Shown here: positions 26,501 through 39,500 of the stretch, piece after piece
Position numbering within the stretch: the first letter of the stretch is position 1
Layout of the letters: each line of letters opens with the position of its first letter
Assembly: GCA_965202585.1 (NCBI GenBank)
Contig: OZ241831.1
Coordinates: 11,098,001-11,162,000, forward strand
DNA from: Thalia democratica
Lineage: Eukaryota
DNA length: 64,000 nt
Direction of reading: 5' to 3'
Notes under the pieces: model-generated
Told to the model about the DNA's origin: nothing
Database searches by the model: none
What the model saw: only the letters and a program-made list of their open reading frames with translations
Made by a program: the position numbers and the translations under genes

Positions 26501-29500
26501 AAATAAGCAATTGCCCAGCTAAAAAAAGCTTTGTGAAAATTCAAAAGCACAGCAAACTGGTGCCTGTATTTCAAGTCACGATCAGACAAACTTTCAGCTC
26601 GCATTATTAAATTAGCATTTGCAAATCTGTCACGTTTATGAGTTTAAATGTGGAAATTTTACGATGAAGCTTTCGGTGTTAAGCAGTGTCATGAGCAAAA
26701 GCAAACAGCCTTTAGTTTTACATAAGTTATTGCATCAAGCTTTTGTTATTAACTTTTTTCATATGCATTTTACATTAAATATACACAAGTTAAAGCATAA
26801 CTGTCGAGCAAACACAAAACTACTTTAATTTGCATACCAATCTAAATAATTACACTACATTATTTTTAAAGACTAAATTTTTTGAATTATAATTTTTCTA
26901 ACTGCTTAAAGGTGAAAAGTGTTTTTTTTAATACTTAAAAAGTTAGTAATGTTGCTGAAAGATCTTAAAGCTTCAATGTTTGATGAAATTAAACTTTTGT
27001 GATTTTTTTTTATTATTGCTGATCATGAAAAAGCATTGATAAAATAACCTGTAACTAAAGAAAAACTTTAGTGAGTGTAATTTCAACAGTGTGAACTTAA
27101 AAACCAAAAAAAAAAAAATACAACTAAAACATTACTACTAGTTCTACGATTCAGTGTAATTGCCAACTAACAATACTAATATGAACGAGTTAATTTCAAG
27201 CAAGCAAGCAAACATTTACATTGATTATCTTAAGTACCTCCACGCGCTCCTCCCTCAGATCGATCTCGCCGGCCAGCTTCTCCCGGGCCGCCACGTCCGG
27301 GTAGTGCGTCTGCGCGAACAGCGCCTCGAGCTTCTCCAGCTGCGTGTCCGAGAAGATGGTCCTGTGCCTCCTCTTGCGCTTCGGCTGCACGTCGTACAGG
27401 CCGAACTGGGCGGCCGGGTGGCCCATGAAGGCGGGCAGCATCGGGAAGCCCTGGGACGCCATTTGCGCCTGCAGCGCCATCTGAGCGTGCATTTGAGTGA
27501 GCATGGCTGTGGGAAATTTGATTGGTTTAGAATAAAATTATGTTTTATAAAAATATGATAAAATAGTATTAATAGGTTAGAAATGATTTAATTTATAGCT
27601 TTACCGAGTTTTTTTAGTCAAGCGCAAGTACAAAATTTAAACAAAAATTTCAGATTTTTCTAAGACAAACAACTAATTCAAATGAGAAAAAAAAATCTGG
27701 TTAAACATTCTAAATCGGCTTTTATGCGGATGATTGCATTAAGCTTTCTTTGGGTTTGAGCTAAGAATGTTTTAATTTATAAATTTGCTTGCTTCGTATC
27801 AGATTTAGCACAAAAGTATTTATTTATCCGAAAGCAGACTACAATGCGACCCTTTAACATTTCGGCGGTGAAATTATCGCCACACTTACGCCTAAATTAC
27901 CGTCTATTTTCATCCATTTCTGACCGTAATTCGGTTGAATTACGCGCATTTCGGTCTCAAAGAGCGGGCGTTTAACTTTTTATTTCAAAACTTTTTATTT
28001 CACACACACAAAAAGTTCGCCTCGAAACTTTCAGACTTCTAAATACGGAGATGCCTCGCCTAATTCAGGAGTAATCTGCGCGACAACGCTGCCATTTAGA
28101 AAATATTACGTCATATCTGCTCGCAAGACATTCACAACCGCTTTGAAAGCAGATTGATTTCTTTCTCCCGACTTGTTTGCTTTCGCTCTGGAACCAGAAG
28201 AACGTTTTATGTGCTTGCCGATGAGAAAAGCAAACGGACGAGCGCCGTTTTACGGGTACAACGACAAAGAGGCGATTGGCAAACAACAGAAATAATTTTG
28301 TTTGCGGTAGGGATTAGCCCGCCAGACTCGGAGCGGTTTAAAAGCTTTTTCAATTTGTGTTTGCCTTTCTGCGAATGCACAAAGCGCAAAAGCCATTAAT
28401 TTTTAAACTCTCGACGTTGTGTAAACATGGTAAGACTTTGAATTATCATCGAGTCGAGCTGACAGGCGAAGAAAAGCTGCGAGCCGGGCAAACTCGCACG
28501 AAGGGGAGCTTAGAAAAGGGGGGAAGGGGATTAGGGGACCATCTGCAAAGTGCACGGGATTAGCAGAGTCGGGGATTGATGATGGTAAAACGAGCTAAGC
28601 CGCGCGTTTAATAGGAAAAGACGGGAAGAAAGAAGCAAAGCAAACAGAGCGCAGAGTTCACCGCTCAGCAAGAATGAACAAGAAAGCAAGATCTTTTTAT
28701 CTCCGACGAAGCTTAACTCTGCTGTTGAATTATGACGTCACCCCTCTCTGCGCGCTCTAAACCAACAAAGTTTAAGTCGTGAGCGCAAATAGGTCGGCCG
28801 GATTTCGAGGAATAAGCCGGCGCGGCTGTCTTTCTCTTCTATATGGTTGCGAGCGGGATTAGCAGAGGGCGAAGTTGCCGTTTCTTTTGCCAGCTCGCCG
28901 CTTGTCGTTTTTTTTTTTTTGCTTTTAACAGAGTAACTTTTTTTTAGCTAGACTAAACTCAAAAGTTGTGTGTGTGTGCACGGCCGACGGGGCAAGAATT
29001 GGCTAATTTGCTCGAAGCTCTTTGTCCGAAGGAGATTAAGTTATCCACTCAGCTCGTTGACAAAACACACAAACCCCCTTCGCAAATTAGCTCGAGTGGA
29101 GAAGGAATTGAAACGGCCTCTCTTTCAAGCCCTTTTTCAAATTGTCTTGAGCCGCGCCGACAAAGCGATAAAAAGCCATTTATCGCGCTGATAAAAGCTG
29201 ACCAATTCCCATCGAGAACACAAAAGAAGCAAATTGCAGACACTTTGCTGGCAAGTGTTTTTAATCTTTCCATCTAAACTACCCTCGAGCTTGTTTGAAT
29301 AAAAAAAAAAAGCGAGGCGCTAATGTCGCGGATTAGTTTTGAAGTTGCGGCTCTACTTTCTTTCTCGGCGCGTCTCGCTCGCAGGTCGAAGTTGTTTCGA
29401 GATTATCCCCACCTGAGCCAGAAATTAATCTTGTGAACGGGCAACAAAACGTTGCAAGTGCTTTTTAAGTGTTTTCACAAGGCCGACGAAATCCGCGTTT

Positions 29501-31335
29501 AACCGCGCTGAATTGTAGAAAAAATGAGCGTTTCGCCTAAAAACAAATCGGCTTAATAATGGCATTTACGGGTTTTTAATTTTCCAGTAAAAAAAAAGTT
29601 AAAGCAACGTGAGAAAGCGAAGGTTTTTATCCGGCTAAAACCCCAGCAGAAAAATAAATTTAGCTTTGAAAAAAGCGCATTTAGCCAGCTAATTTTAAGT
29701 GCGCGCAAATCCCACCCTTTTAAAATCTCCCGAAAAGCCGTGCTTAATCTTTTCATTGCTCAAAGCCCTTTCTTGCCAAATTTGTTCTTTTTCTGAGAAA
29801 CGCTCGCTTGCGTGTGAGAAAGCAAACAGGCTAATCTCGAGTGAGCAATAAAGAAAAAATGTTTAAAATAAAATAAAATAATAAAAAACCTAATGTGCTG
29901 GAAAGCATCTTAGAAAAGCACTCGAAAACGCCATTAATTAATCAAACACTGGCTGGTATGTTTTATGCCTATGTGCATAAGAGATTAATCACGGGAGGCC
30001 ATCTGATTATTTGCTAAACAAACTGGCTACTGTGCGCAGACAAACAACGGGCTTATCGAGTGTTTGAAACAACACGCAAAAGTTACATTCGTGTTGTTTT
30101 TAATAATTTTGCTTTATTAGCAACTTTTACAGCGGATAATTAGAATTGCAATCATAACTTTGAGGCTTTTCTCCCTTTTAAGCTCAACTGCTAAACTGAT
30201 TGTTTTCACAATAAAGGAAATAAGCTTGGGTTATTAAATTACAATGCTGGCACTCAAAGCTAATTAGCGCTTTAAAACTTTGTGTTCACGCTTGGCTTGA
30301 ACAGAATTGACTCAAATTTAATTCAATACAATGAAACAAACTTATTTAAGCATAAAAAGTTTTAAATATTAGATTAGTTGTGGTTTAAACAAGTTATAAG
30401 TGGTCTAAGCTTTAAAAATTATATTATAATACGTATAAACTAACATAATAACATTTTAAGCACTTATTTATTAAGCTAATTAGTCTAAAGTTACAACTTA
30501 ATACTGTTTAAGCTAAACTTAAATAAAAAATAAACACTAAAACCCTGAACTTTTTCAAAATTAAATGGAAAATAAATGAAATATATCTAATAAAACCAAA
30601 GCTTAAATAAATCTTATTTAAAAGAACACAAAATATGTCCAAAAGTATTAAGAAAAACTAAAACTGAAGTTAAATTTAAACTTAGGGTACATTAAAATAC
30701 AAATAAAGCTTGGAAAAGCTTGTGAGTTAACTTTAACAAAACCATTCAAAATACTAACCATAAGTGTTGTTGGGCACAACTGGAAGTCCGTGGCTGTTGA
30801 GTCCAGTTGCGGGAAGTCCTGCCGCGGTGAGCTGTGGCCAGTTCGGGGCCAATCCGGGCATCTGTCCCAGTAAAGCAGCTGGGTTGGCTGCAGTGCTGGC
30901 TGCACCCATGAACCCGCGGGGGAAAGCAGAAGCTGGGGTCGCGCTGTGGCTGGTGACCACTGGCAACTGGTTGGCTTGAGCTGACATTGCAATCATCCTG
31001 TTGATCTGGCTGGCAGACGGCGCGGGCTGAGCTGCCGGCAAGACCCCTGGAAAGTTGCTCATTCCTGACGTGTTCACGGCTGGTGGTACTGGCAAGTTCA
31101 GCATTGGCTGCTGGGCAGCTGAGACATGAACATTGTTGTTCAACAGGCGTCCAATTCCAAAAGACAGCTCCTGAGAGCCGTGGCTGCTCACCTGACTGTT
31201 GGGGGTGCTGGAAGCAGAAGGGTCTCTGCTTGCTAACATCATCCTCGGAGGGCCTGCCTGCTGGGCCTGGGTTGCTTGTGCTCTGGCAGCGAGAGCTGAG
31301 ATGAGTGCTGCATTGTGACAGTTGTTTTGTTGCAT
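23422..31335 (-). CDS. gsc: Goosecoid homeobox protein, 4 coding exons: 31335-30759, 27506-27238, 26060-25927, 23542-23422 (1101 nt, 366 aa)
   Basis: Exons join in frame with GT-AG boundaries (577+269+134+121 nt). The homeodomain [46 protein letters not shown]|[14 protein letters not shown] has K50 and the RRHRTIF / YPDV / LREE signatures of Goosecoid. The intron lies between homeodomain codons 46 and 47, as typical of the PRD class. An eh1-like FGIGRLL is present N-terminally. Confidence 0.93.
23650..25200. promoter_or_regulatory. CpG-rich island in gsc intron 3; candidate enhancer
   Basis: High-complexity GC-elevated tract with TAATTG/TAATGG homeodomain cores (e.g. near 23787, 24448, 24537). 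Confidence 0.4.
25927..26060 (-). CDS. gsc: gsc coding exon 3 (recognition helix [13 protein letters not shown]...SPDRMSPS)
   Basis: Acceptor TTCGCAG|, donor AG|GTAACA; completes the homeodomain in phase 0. Confidence 0.93.
26446..26456. promoter_or_regulatory. P3-type paired-class homeodomain dimer site TAATCTGATTA in gsc intron 2
   Basis: Exact TAATC-N-GATTA palindrome read from the sequence; function inferred. Confidence 0.35.
27238..27506 (-). CDS. gsc: gsc coding exon 2 (homeodomain residues 1-46 begin at 27375)
   Basis: Acceptor TTTCCCACAG|, donor GAG|GTACTT; encodes MLTQMHAQ...[12 protein letters not shown]...EERVE. Confidence 0.95.
28311..29335. promoter_or_regulatory. Cluster of K50-homeodomain sites (CTAATCC) in gsc intron 1
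   Basis: GGATTAG occurs at 28311, 28528, 28557, 28856 and 29330, all on the + strand. CGGGATTAGCAGAG is repeated exactly at 28555 and 28854. Confidence 0.6.
30759..31335 (-). CDS. gsc: gsc coding exon 1 ([11 protein letters not shown]...PNNTY), Q/A/P/S-rich with eh1-like FGIGRLL at 31161-31141
   Basis: First in-frame ATG is at 31335 (the ORF-track start at 31368 is a TTG). Donor G|GTTAGT at 30759/30758; its phase matches exon 2. Confidence 0.85.
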
Positions 31336-31503
31336 TATAATTTTTCTGGGATGGATAGATACGATCAACGTTTGTAGTAGAATTGAGTATAGAGACCTGC
31401 TCTATGACGAAATATGTAGTATAAAAAATCGACGACAAACGACTTCAACAGCGCATAAGCTTTCTATCTTCTGTGTTTAAACAAGTAATGGTGCGCGCAA
31501 GCC

Positions 31504-31511
31504 TTTATATA
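31504..31511 (-). promoter_or_regulatory. TATA box (TATATAAA) of gsc; transcription start expected near 31480-31490
   Basis: Minus strand reads GTATATAAAGGC about 175 nt upstream of the ATG, within a CpG-rich patch (about 31440-31750). Confidence 0.65.
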
Positions 31512-34500
31512 CTATCGTCACGCAACGTTGCGTATGAGCTAAAAACCGCTCTCGACGCCACCCATCGGCGAGCTTTGCTTTTTTCTTCTCTCGAATTTTC
31601 TCTCTCGTTTCTCAACAACTACTCGGCACTGCCACCTTTCGTGCTAATAACTAATGCTTAAGAAAAAGGCCAGATAAACCATCTCATCCCACACGTAATT
31701 CGCTCTCAATTTTAAAACTCGGCGCTCGGGAGCCTCAAGTGAGGTGAAAATTATTTCGACAAGTTTTCTTGATTTTAATATAAGTAAAGAAAAAGTTGTT
31801 TAAAACATATGATTTCAGATTTTTAAAAATTAAATATTTTTCCCTTGACCGTGTAAAACTTCTACAAAGTTAACTAGCTAATTAAAATCACTTAAAGTGT
31901 ATTAATTAAAAATTAGATTTTGTAAAAGTATATATACAAACAATTAGATTTACTAAAATGTACTAAAAACTAATAACTTAATTAATTTTTCCCTTTTTTT
32001 AGATTAACTCAAAACACTGTATTTAGCTAAATATTTTCTTAAAAGCAGTTTAGAAACTATATGGACCTGTTTGAAGAACTTTTGAAAAGTTTTCGCATAT
32101 ATTTATAAACTATATCTATTTGCTGAAGTTTTAAAACCTTTTATTTTTAAGCCAAAAAAAAAAAACTTTTAATTCTCTTTTTTAATATCTCTTCAATATT
32201 GTTGTTTTTTCAATTCATTAAGTAAGTTAACATATTATTTAATAGATGTCAAACGTAAAGCCTTTTAAAAATTTGAGTTTTTGAGAGTTAACAGTTACGT
32301 CTCGAAGTCGCTTGTCGCCATTTAAAATATTTCATACAATTTATTTCGCAGGTCCCTTTTATCAAAGTTTAATAAAACACAAGAAAAATAAAAAACTACT
32401 TATTAGTAAACAAAAATATTTACAAACTAGTTATAGTTTTATCAACTGTTTCAAACATTTATTTAATATAAATCCTTTAAAACTATCAGACTGCTATAAT
32501 TCTGATGACTTAGTTGTATTAAAAAACAATTGTGTATAATTAAATATTAGCATAAAAACTTGATCCTTAATTACTAATTTTATTAGTATTAGTAGTTTTC
32601 AATTGAATTTAAGTATATTAAGTACCTTATTAGAACTAAATCTGTTGTTAAAAAAATGCATTACTAAGGCTTTTTTGCAGTTTTTATATCTAGTATACCG
32701 TTTATTTCATTAGCGTAAGTATACGGTATATTACAAATACAGTAATTGCTAAAAGAAAATTTAAACTTCACAGTCTTTAAACTTTACTTTCTGTTTAAAT
32801 TGTTTCATTTTTAAACACTATGTTTAAACAATTAACATTGTAAGTTTAAATTTATTTTTTTTAAATCGCAAGGTGTATTTTGTTTTAATTTATTTTTAAG
32901 TCATTCATGTAAGAAACTTGTTTTAAGTAATATATTAAGTATTTGTCGTTTAGCGGTTTTGTAAAAGTGTTTGTGATTGTTTAAAAAGTTTTCAAAACTG
33001 AATTTATTAGATGCTATTAATTAAACAGTTTTAAAATATATTTCTTATTAGTTTATATCACCAGCTAGCGGATATAATTATTTTAACTTGCATTTCAAAA
33101 CTTCGCCGTTAAACCTCTAATGGGTTTATATTAACTGGCAGTAAATTATAAAAAAGACTCTTTGCTTGTGTAAATACTTTAAAACTTTTTTATACTATTC
33201 TTAAAAAAACAAAAAACTCTGCACCTTAGTATATTTCAAAGTAGCTTTATTTATCTAACTAGAAGCTTATTTACTTATTAACATTATATCATAATTCAAA
33301 TAATAAACTAAACTTTTCAATAAAAGTGTAATGAAAGTTTACTGTTAAAACATCTACAAGATAAATCCGAAAAAGTGGAAAATACATAGCTCAAAATAAA
33401 AATTATAATTTAACAGCTATCTTGTTGATCACTTTTAGTATGTTGAAAAAATTTCACAAACAAAACTTTTAAGCTACTTAAAATTGTACCTGCATGCAAA
33501 ATTAGCCACAGGCTTTTTCAGGCATTACGTTATAAAACGAAAATAATTTCTCTTAAATCCCGCTTTAATATTCTAGCGAGCTTTTTTTTATTTCGAGTAT
33601 CACTTGCTATATTCAAATCATAAAAAATCAAAAAAATAAATCATTCTAAGTGCTCTGTATGGTTTTCACTAACTTCGAACAGTTAAAGAATTCTTGTACA
33701 CAAATTTAACGAGAACTTTTTGAAATTATTAAGTATCGTTCAACTCATAACACCTGCTACTGCTAATATGTACACTGTAAGAGTTGAGTGAGATTTATTC
33801 GAAGTTAATCACTTAAACTTAAAAGTATTTCGAAAATGCCTACGTGGCGAACGCACCAGGAAAAAAGTATAAGATCTACAACTTTTGTAAAGTTAAATTC
33901 GATTGGCGACTCTTGCGTTCTAAATATACTAAAAGTTTTTAAAAAACTTTATATCGTTGCTTTTTTGTAACAAATTTAAGTTACACATAAAATCGGACCG
34001 AAAATGCTTAAGCTAAAAAGTTTTTGTAATAGATGAAATAGAGTCCTATATGTAGTTTAAAACTTTGAAATGTACCATTTAAATTAACTTTTTTTAATAA
34101 AAAAGTGTTTAGATACTGAAGTCGATTTTTTTTACTTTTAACTCATTGTCGCGAAAAATCGTATGCATTAATTTTACATCGATAATTGGTAACATTAAAA
34201 AACTTAAACCAGACAAAAACGTTTTTGAATTGTTTAAAATAAAAAAATTTTGACAAAAAAAAGCTTACCCGGTGAAGAGTTTTTTAACGGCTTTTTATCT
34301 TAAACTAGCTTCGACGGCTTTAAATAACTTAATAATTTAATAACTTAAGATTATACAGTTAACCTTTTTGTATATTTTATGTTTTATATGTTCTACAAAC
34401 TTTCAGTTTATAACAAATAAAGCCGTTTTCTAGCGACAATAAATTAAAAAAAAAAAGTTTGAGGCTTTAAAAACTTTTTAGGCTTTTATAAATCATTTTA

Positions 34501-36599
34501 AATACTTTTCTTACTCAAAAAAGAATATATAATCACAAAAACATAAGAGTAGCGGTCTTAAAATTAAAGCATTACCTTTAAAAAGTCGATACGGGTAATA
34601 ACTATATTCTTCAAGTTGAATAGTTAAACAGTCTGATAACTATTTGTTCTCTAATTTTATCCGAAAATTGTTACTGAGCGACACCCTGCTATATCTTAAA
34701 ACATCTATTACGTGTTTTAAAGCACGTAGTATGGTTAATAGCAATTTGTATCACTAATATAAAGCATTTATAACGACTTTATAGTTAAAAGGAACATACG
34801 CGCGCCGAAAACTTATTTTAACGCAAACGTTCGCAGGTGAAAATTTGCAACTCGTGTCACGACGGCTTAACATCTCGACACCTCGCATTGAGAAGGGGCT
34901 AACTCTTAACCTGTACAAATAAGCACTCGGTAAGCGTTCAGTTAGCGCTTTAGAATCAATTTTGCGTTTTATTTTTTTAATTTCAATGAAACAAAAGAGA
35001 TTTTTAGAATAAAAGCTATGCTTTAAGCATTTTAAAAGCAAAGTTTTTTTATCTTTGAATAAATTCACTAAACTAATACAGCATACAAATAATTAAGAAT
35101 AGCTTTACATATTATATTTACTTAAAATAGTATTTTTTAGTTTATACCGAAAAACTAAAACATTTTGTTTTTATTTTAAATTAATAAATAGAGTAAGAAA
35201 TCAAAAAGTATGTAAAACTACTCTATTTTTATTGTTAAACAAAGGTAATTTACCTTTTGAAAAAACTTAAAAACTTCCAAATTTTTAAATAAAAAACACT
35301 TTTTTGATTGTTTACCACAGTAAAACTAAAACATAAACTGTTGACTTACGATTTCCTTTTTAAAGTTACACTGTTGAAGCACTCTACTAAAAAATATACT
35401 TTTATACGTAGTACAGAACGGCACACTTTTGACGCCCTTTAAATTAGCAAAGACTACTAGTACATTAAAAATTTGTGCGGTAAAGTCCTTTAAAACCATA
35501 CATTTTATTTTGCCAAAAAAATCGAACATAACTTTACCACACTTTAGTATTAGTACATCTTTGCTAAAATTATCGGCTTGTCAATTATGAAATCGAATAC
35601 ATATTAGCTGGATTTTAACCACTTCCAGAATTTTTTTCCTTCTCTCAGTCTTCCTCTCTCACATCCATCGAAAGTTTCGAAATATCTAAGCTTTGACCGC
35701 TTGAAACGACAAAGAGCCATAAAATCCATCTGAATTCATCTAGATTTTGTGCTACCAGAGAACATTTTAAGTAAAATTTGCTAACTAATTTTTGATATAC
35801 CCTAATATGGCAAGATAAATTCTAAGAGTTGTGTTTTCAAACTCGATTTGAATAAATTGCCCTAGGTTATAACTGAATTTTTTAGTCTAGGATTGTACAT
35901 AGTCATTAACATTTTATTAAGAAACAGTATAGAAAAAATAGTGGCTAACTAATTTTATACGCTTTAAAATTTAATTACGATTATAGTACGATTTAATAAA
36001 CTGAACTTAGCTAAAACTTATTAAATTCTGACAAAAATTTATAGATTTAACGGATTAAGCTAAAGTTTTGTCAAATGACTATCAAGTTCGGTTTAGAGTG
36101 TAAAAATAAGACCAAACAAAATAAAACTATTACAGTTTTTGGCCAATTTATGATAAAAAACAGGTTTAAGTATTTCTGGTAGTACCTTGGTAAGTTTTTA
36201 GTTAATAGATCGTATTAAACTTAACCAATCGAAAATAAAGCTTCAATCTTCTTTTTAGATGAGTATCATTTTCATGTCATAGTTTTTAAAAACTCCATCT
36301 AAGTAATAAAAAACAAAATAAACTATTTTTTAATCACATTAAATCAATATTGTTGTTATACTTGTCTGATAAAATACAAAATTATATATGCATTTTGATT
36401 TTATAATGTATTTAGAAATAGTAATATAGCAGTTTACGGTTATTTCGAAAAAAAATTAAATATAGAGTATTTGCAAACATTAATTACATTGAAACTTTGT
36501 TACTAATATTACACGTTTAAATTAACAAGGAAAAAAAAATTAACTATCAAACTCAAATTAACTAGCACATTTTCAATTAAACAGCAAGCTGATCACGAT

Positions 36600-39500
36600 A
36601 AGCTAATACTAACAAACAAAAACTTCCGTGGTTGCGCGCGCCGCTATTTCTTAATGCAAAAAGTATCGAGTTATCAGGATGCTACGTCACAATCAACGCA
36701 ACCGAAATAGACCTGCCACAAGTTAGATGTTTCCTATATCGCCGTTATTAAGTTGCTGGTGAAACAACAAATACAGGAAACTCGGATGAGCTGATGAATT
36801 AATTAAAAACTAAAAACCTTCTCGTTAGACCTTTGCGGCCCGCTTCGTCTTTAAGGCTTTTTTTTTGTGAGGAAAACCTTTTGTGCTCCGCTTGCTTAAC
36901 AGGCCGCTGTGCAAATAGAATTATAACAATTTTCGGCGCAAATGTTACATTTTTTGTTGTTGTTCGCCCCAATTTTCTATTATTCGTCGCGCATAATTAA
37001 CTGATTATTTGGCTCGCTTTTGTGCTTAGCTGCGTTTGGCAAATACGCTTTGCAACAATGTTTGAGTTTTGCTTTGAAGTGACGACTAATTCTAAGCTCA
37101 AAAGTATACATTTATTGTTTGAAAGGTCATTAAACTTGTTTTTTCAATATTTGTTTTACGCATTTAAATAATGACAAAGATTTGTTCGTTCAACATTTTT
37201 TTTTTGAACTTTTAACCAATAATTTTAGCTAACGAATTTAAAACATAAAGAAAACACAAAGTTTGATTTTCATCTCAGCTCTGCTTATATATTTAGTGCA
37301 TTACGCAACACTAGACACTTGAGTTAGAAGTTTTGATGTATTGCTTTAAGCGGCGGTCCAAAATAAAGCTAAACATAAAAAATTCTTAATATTTAAAAGA
37401 TTTAACATATTTAGTTAGTTGAAAGTTTTCGAACATAATGAATCTTTAGCCTTTGTTTAAAATGTTTTATGTTCTTTTAATCATAAATACGATAGAAAAT
37501 ATACATACATTTATAATGTTAAAAATCAATAATGCTAAGCGTATATATGCTATACGAAGTTCAAATAACTTCTATCTAAACTTTCAAGTTGCTAAACTTA
37601 ATTTTATAATAAAAAAAATTACTAGATAAATATATAAACAGTCGAATTACATAAGCAAACTTAAAGTTTACAACGAATCACACCATTTACAAATATATCA
37701 TAGGACTTTTTAATTATTTATTAAACAGTTTAACTGTTTAAAAACCTAATGTGATGATGAAAATTTTAAATTTAATCGAATATTTATCAAATTAACTTTG
37801 TTTTTTTAAATCATTTAACTTTTTGGGGGAAAAATCCTTAAAAAGTTCAACTTGATAATTCCAATATCATCACATTGTTTTATAGCTATACAGTTATATA
37901 CTGTAATACAGTTATTCAATAATCCGCAACAGAATTAAACCAGTAAAATAAATTTTAAAAAGAAAACAGTGGTGTGACATCAGCATTAGTAAAATTAGTT
38001 TTAACTTTACAAAAATAGCTTCGAAAATGATAGCTGTAATTTTAAGAAAATAATTTCAATTCACAATTCAGCCATCAGTACCTTAATAAAAAACAGACAC
38101 TTGTTAAAACAAACGCGGAAACGAAAACTTAAGACCAGGAAAAACGATCGATCATGCAAATTATCACCGCGCAGACGTTGTAAAGCCGGCCCGGCAATTT
38201 TCTTGGCTCACCGGTCCGTCTGATCGTGCTTGCACCAGACCTCCCCACAGACTCGACATACAGATGAGTCACTTTTGTTTTCGCCCGTCCCCCTACTTTC
38301 AGGATAACAATTGGCCTAGCGGGTTTAACAAACATTTGTCTTGTGTATTCCGTCACAAAGTAAACTATAAGGGTTTCAGTATTTCCATGTTAGAGATTTT
38401 TTTGTTTGAGTTAAGTGTAATTCGTCAATTGTAATACAAATAGTCTGTTTTTCATCAACTGTTTTTGTAAACTAACAATCGAAAAGACAATTTGATTTTT
38501 TTAGCTTGTGTATTTAAATAAACTTTCTTTTTGTAGTTCTATTAAACTTTTAATTTAGCTTTCAATGTCTTTTTATTTTCAAAGGCAAAATCATAGAAAC
38601 ATATAATTTTAAACTTTTGTTTTGTTTTAATTATTTTTTTATCTAAATGCAAAGTTGTTTTAATTTAAAGCTTGCAGCTAGACTTTTGAAACGTTGCAGC
38701 AAAAGCTATTCAAATTGCACCTTGACGAAAAATCAGTGTGCTCATCAATTAATCAACTTTAACGCAACTTGTAAACACGAAAGGTCGACTTTGCGCGCCG
38801 CAAAACCATCAGAACATTTTAATCTTCTTTGTGCTTTTCAGTAAGCTGCAAAATCACCTATTGTTCAACCTTTTCAACGCAAAAACCCAACTGTGTCATT
38901 GTTTCGCAACATTCAATGCCACCCTGACTGCAACAGTAAAAGTTTTTAATCAAAATACCGCATGAGAACACAAAACGGCGGTACACTGGGTGCCAGTTGC
39001 ACGGGTTTTAAAAGACAGTTGCTAATCGGTCGGCTCAAGCGCCTTCAGACGATACTTCTCGACCAGACTTGTCAAGTGGCCTCGACCGAAAGTTTACTTT
39101 CACACCGAAAAGCGCTCGAGAGCGGCTTTGACCCGGCTGCAAAAACTTTAATTTCATCAAAATTAACGCTGCATCAGAAGTTGCCACCTGCGCTTAAGTG
39201 GCCCTTAAAAACGCAAAAAAAAAACGCGATATTTCGGCGCGCAGCAGCTAGAACTAAGCGACTTGTGTGCATGGGAAAGAGCGTTTGAGCAGCGAGCACT
39301 TTAGACTCTTAAAGTGATTAACGGCAGGTAACTCCTTGGGCGAGACGAGCACCGTATCGGTTGCCTCACCTTTAATTTTCAAAGAACAACGAAAGACACA
39401 AATTGATACTTGGCAGCCGCTTCCGTGAGAATCTGCACGACGGGTGAGGGGGGGTAGATCCGGATATTGGGGGTTCCCACGCGCCCACCCGAGTGTAACA

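Noticed and set aside
27160-27558. 132-aa plus-strand ORF
   Set aside because: Antisense shadow of gsc exon 2, whose extreme GC3 removes stops on the opposite strand.
28065-29756. Short ORFs in gsc intron 1
   Set aside because: Mutually overlapping, no recognisable domains; better explained by a regulatory island.
31366-31368. ORF-track start for gsc exon 1
   Set aside because: The codon is TTG; the first in-frame ATG is at 31335.
30746-31438. 230-aa and 114-aa minus-strand ORFs and two plus-strand ORFs overlapping gsc exon 1
   Set aside because: Alternative-frame or antisense shadows of a GC-rich exon; only the 31335 frame splices in phase to the homeodomain.
31336-36600. Vertebrate-type FoxH1/TCF elements in the gsc upstream region
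   Set aside because: No convincing cluster; short AT-rich matches are expected by chance.
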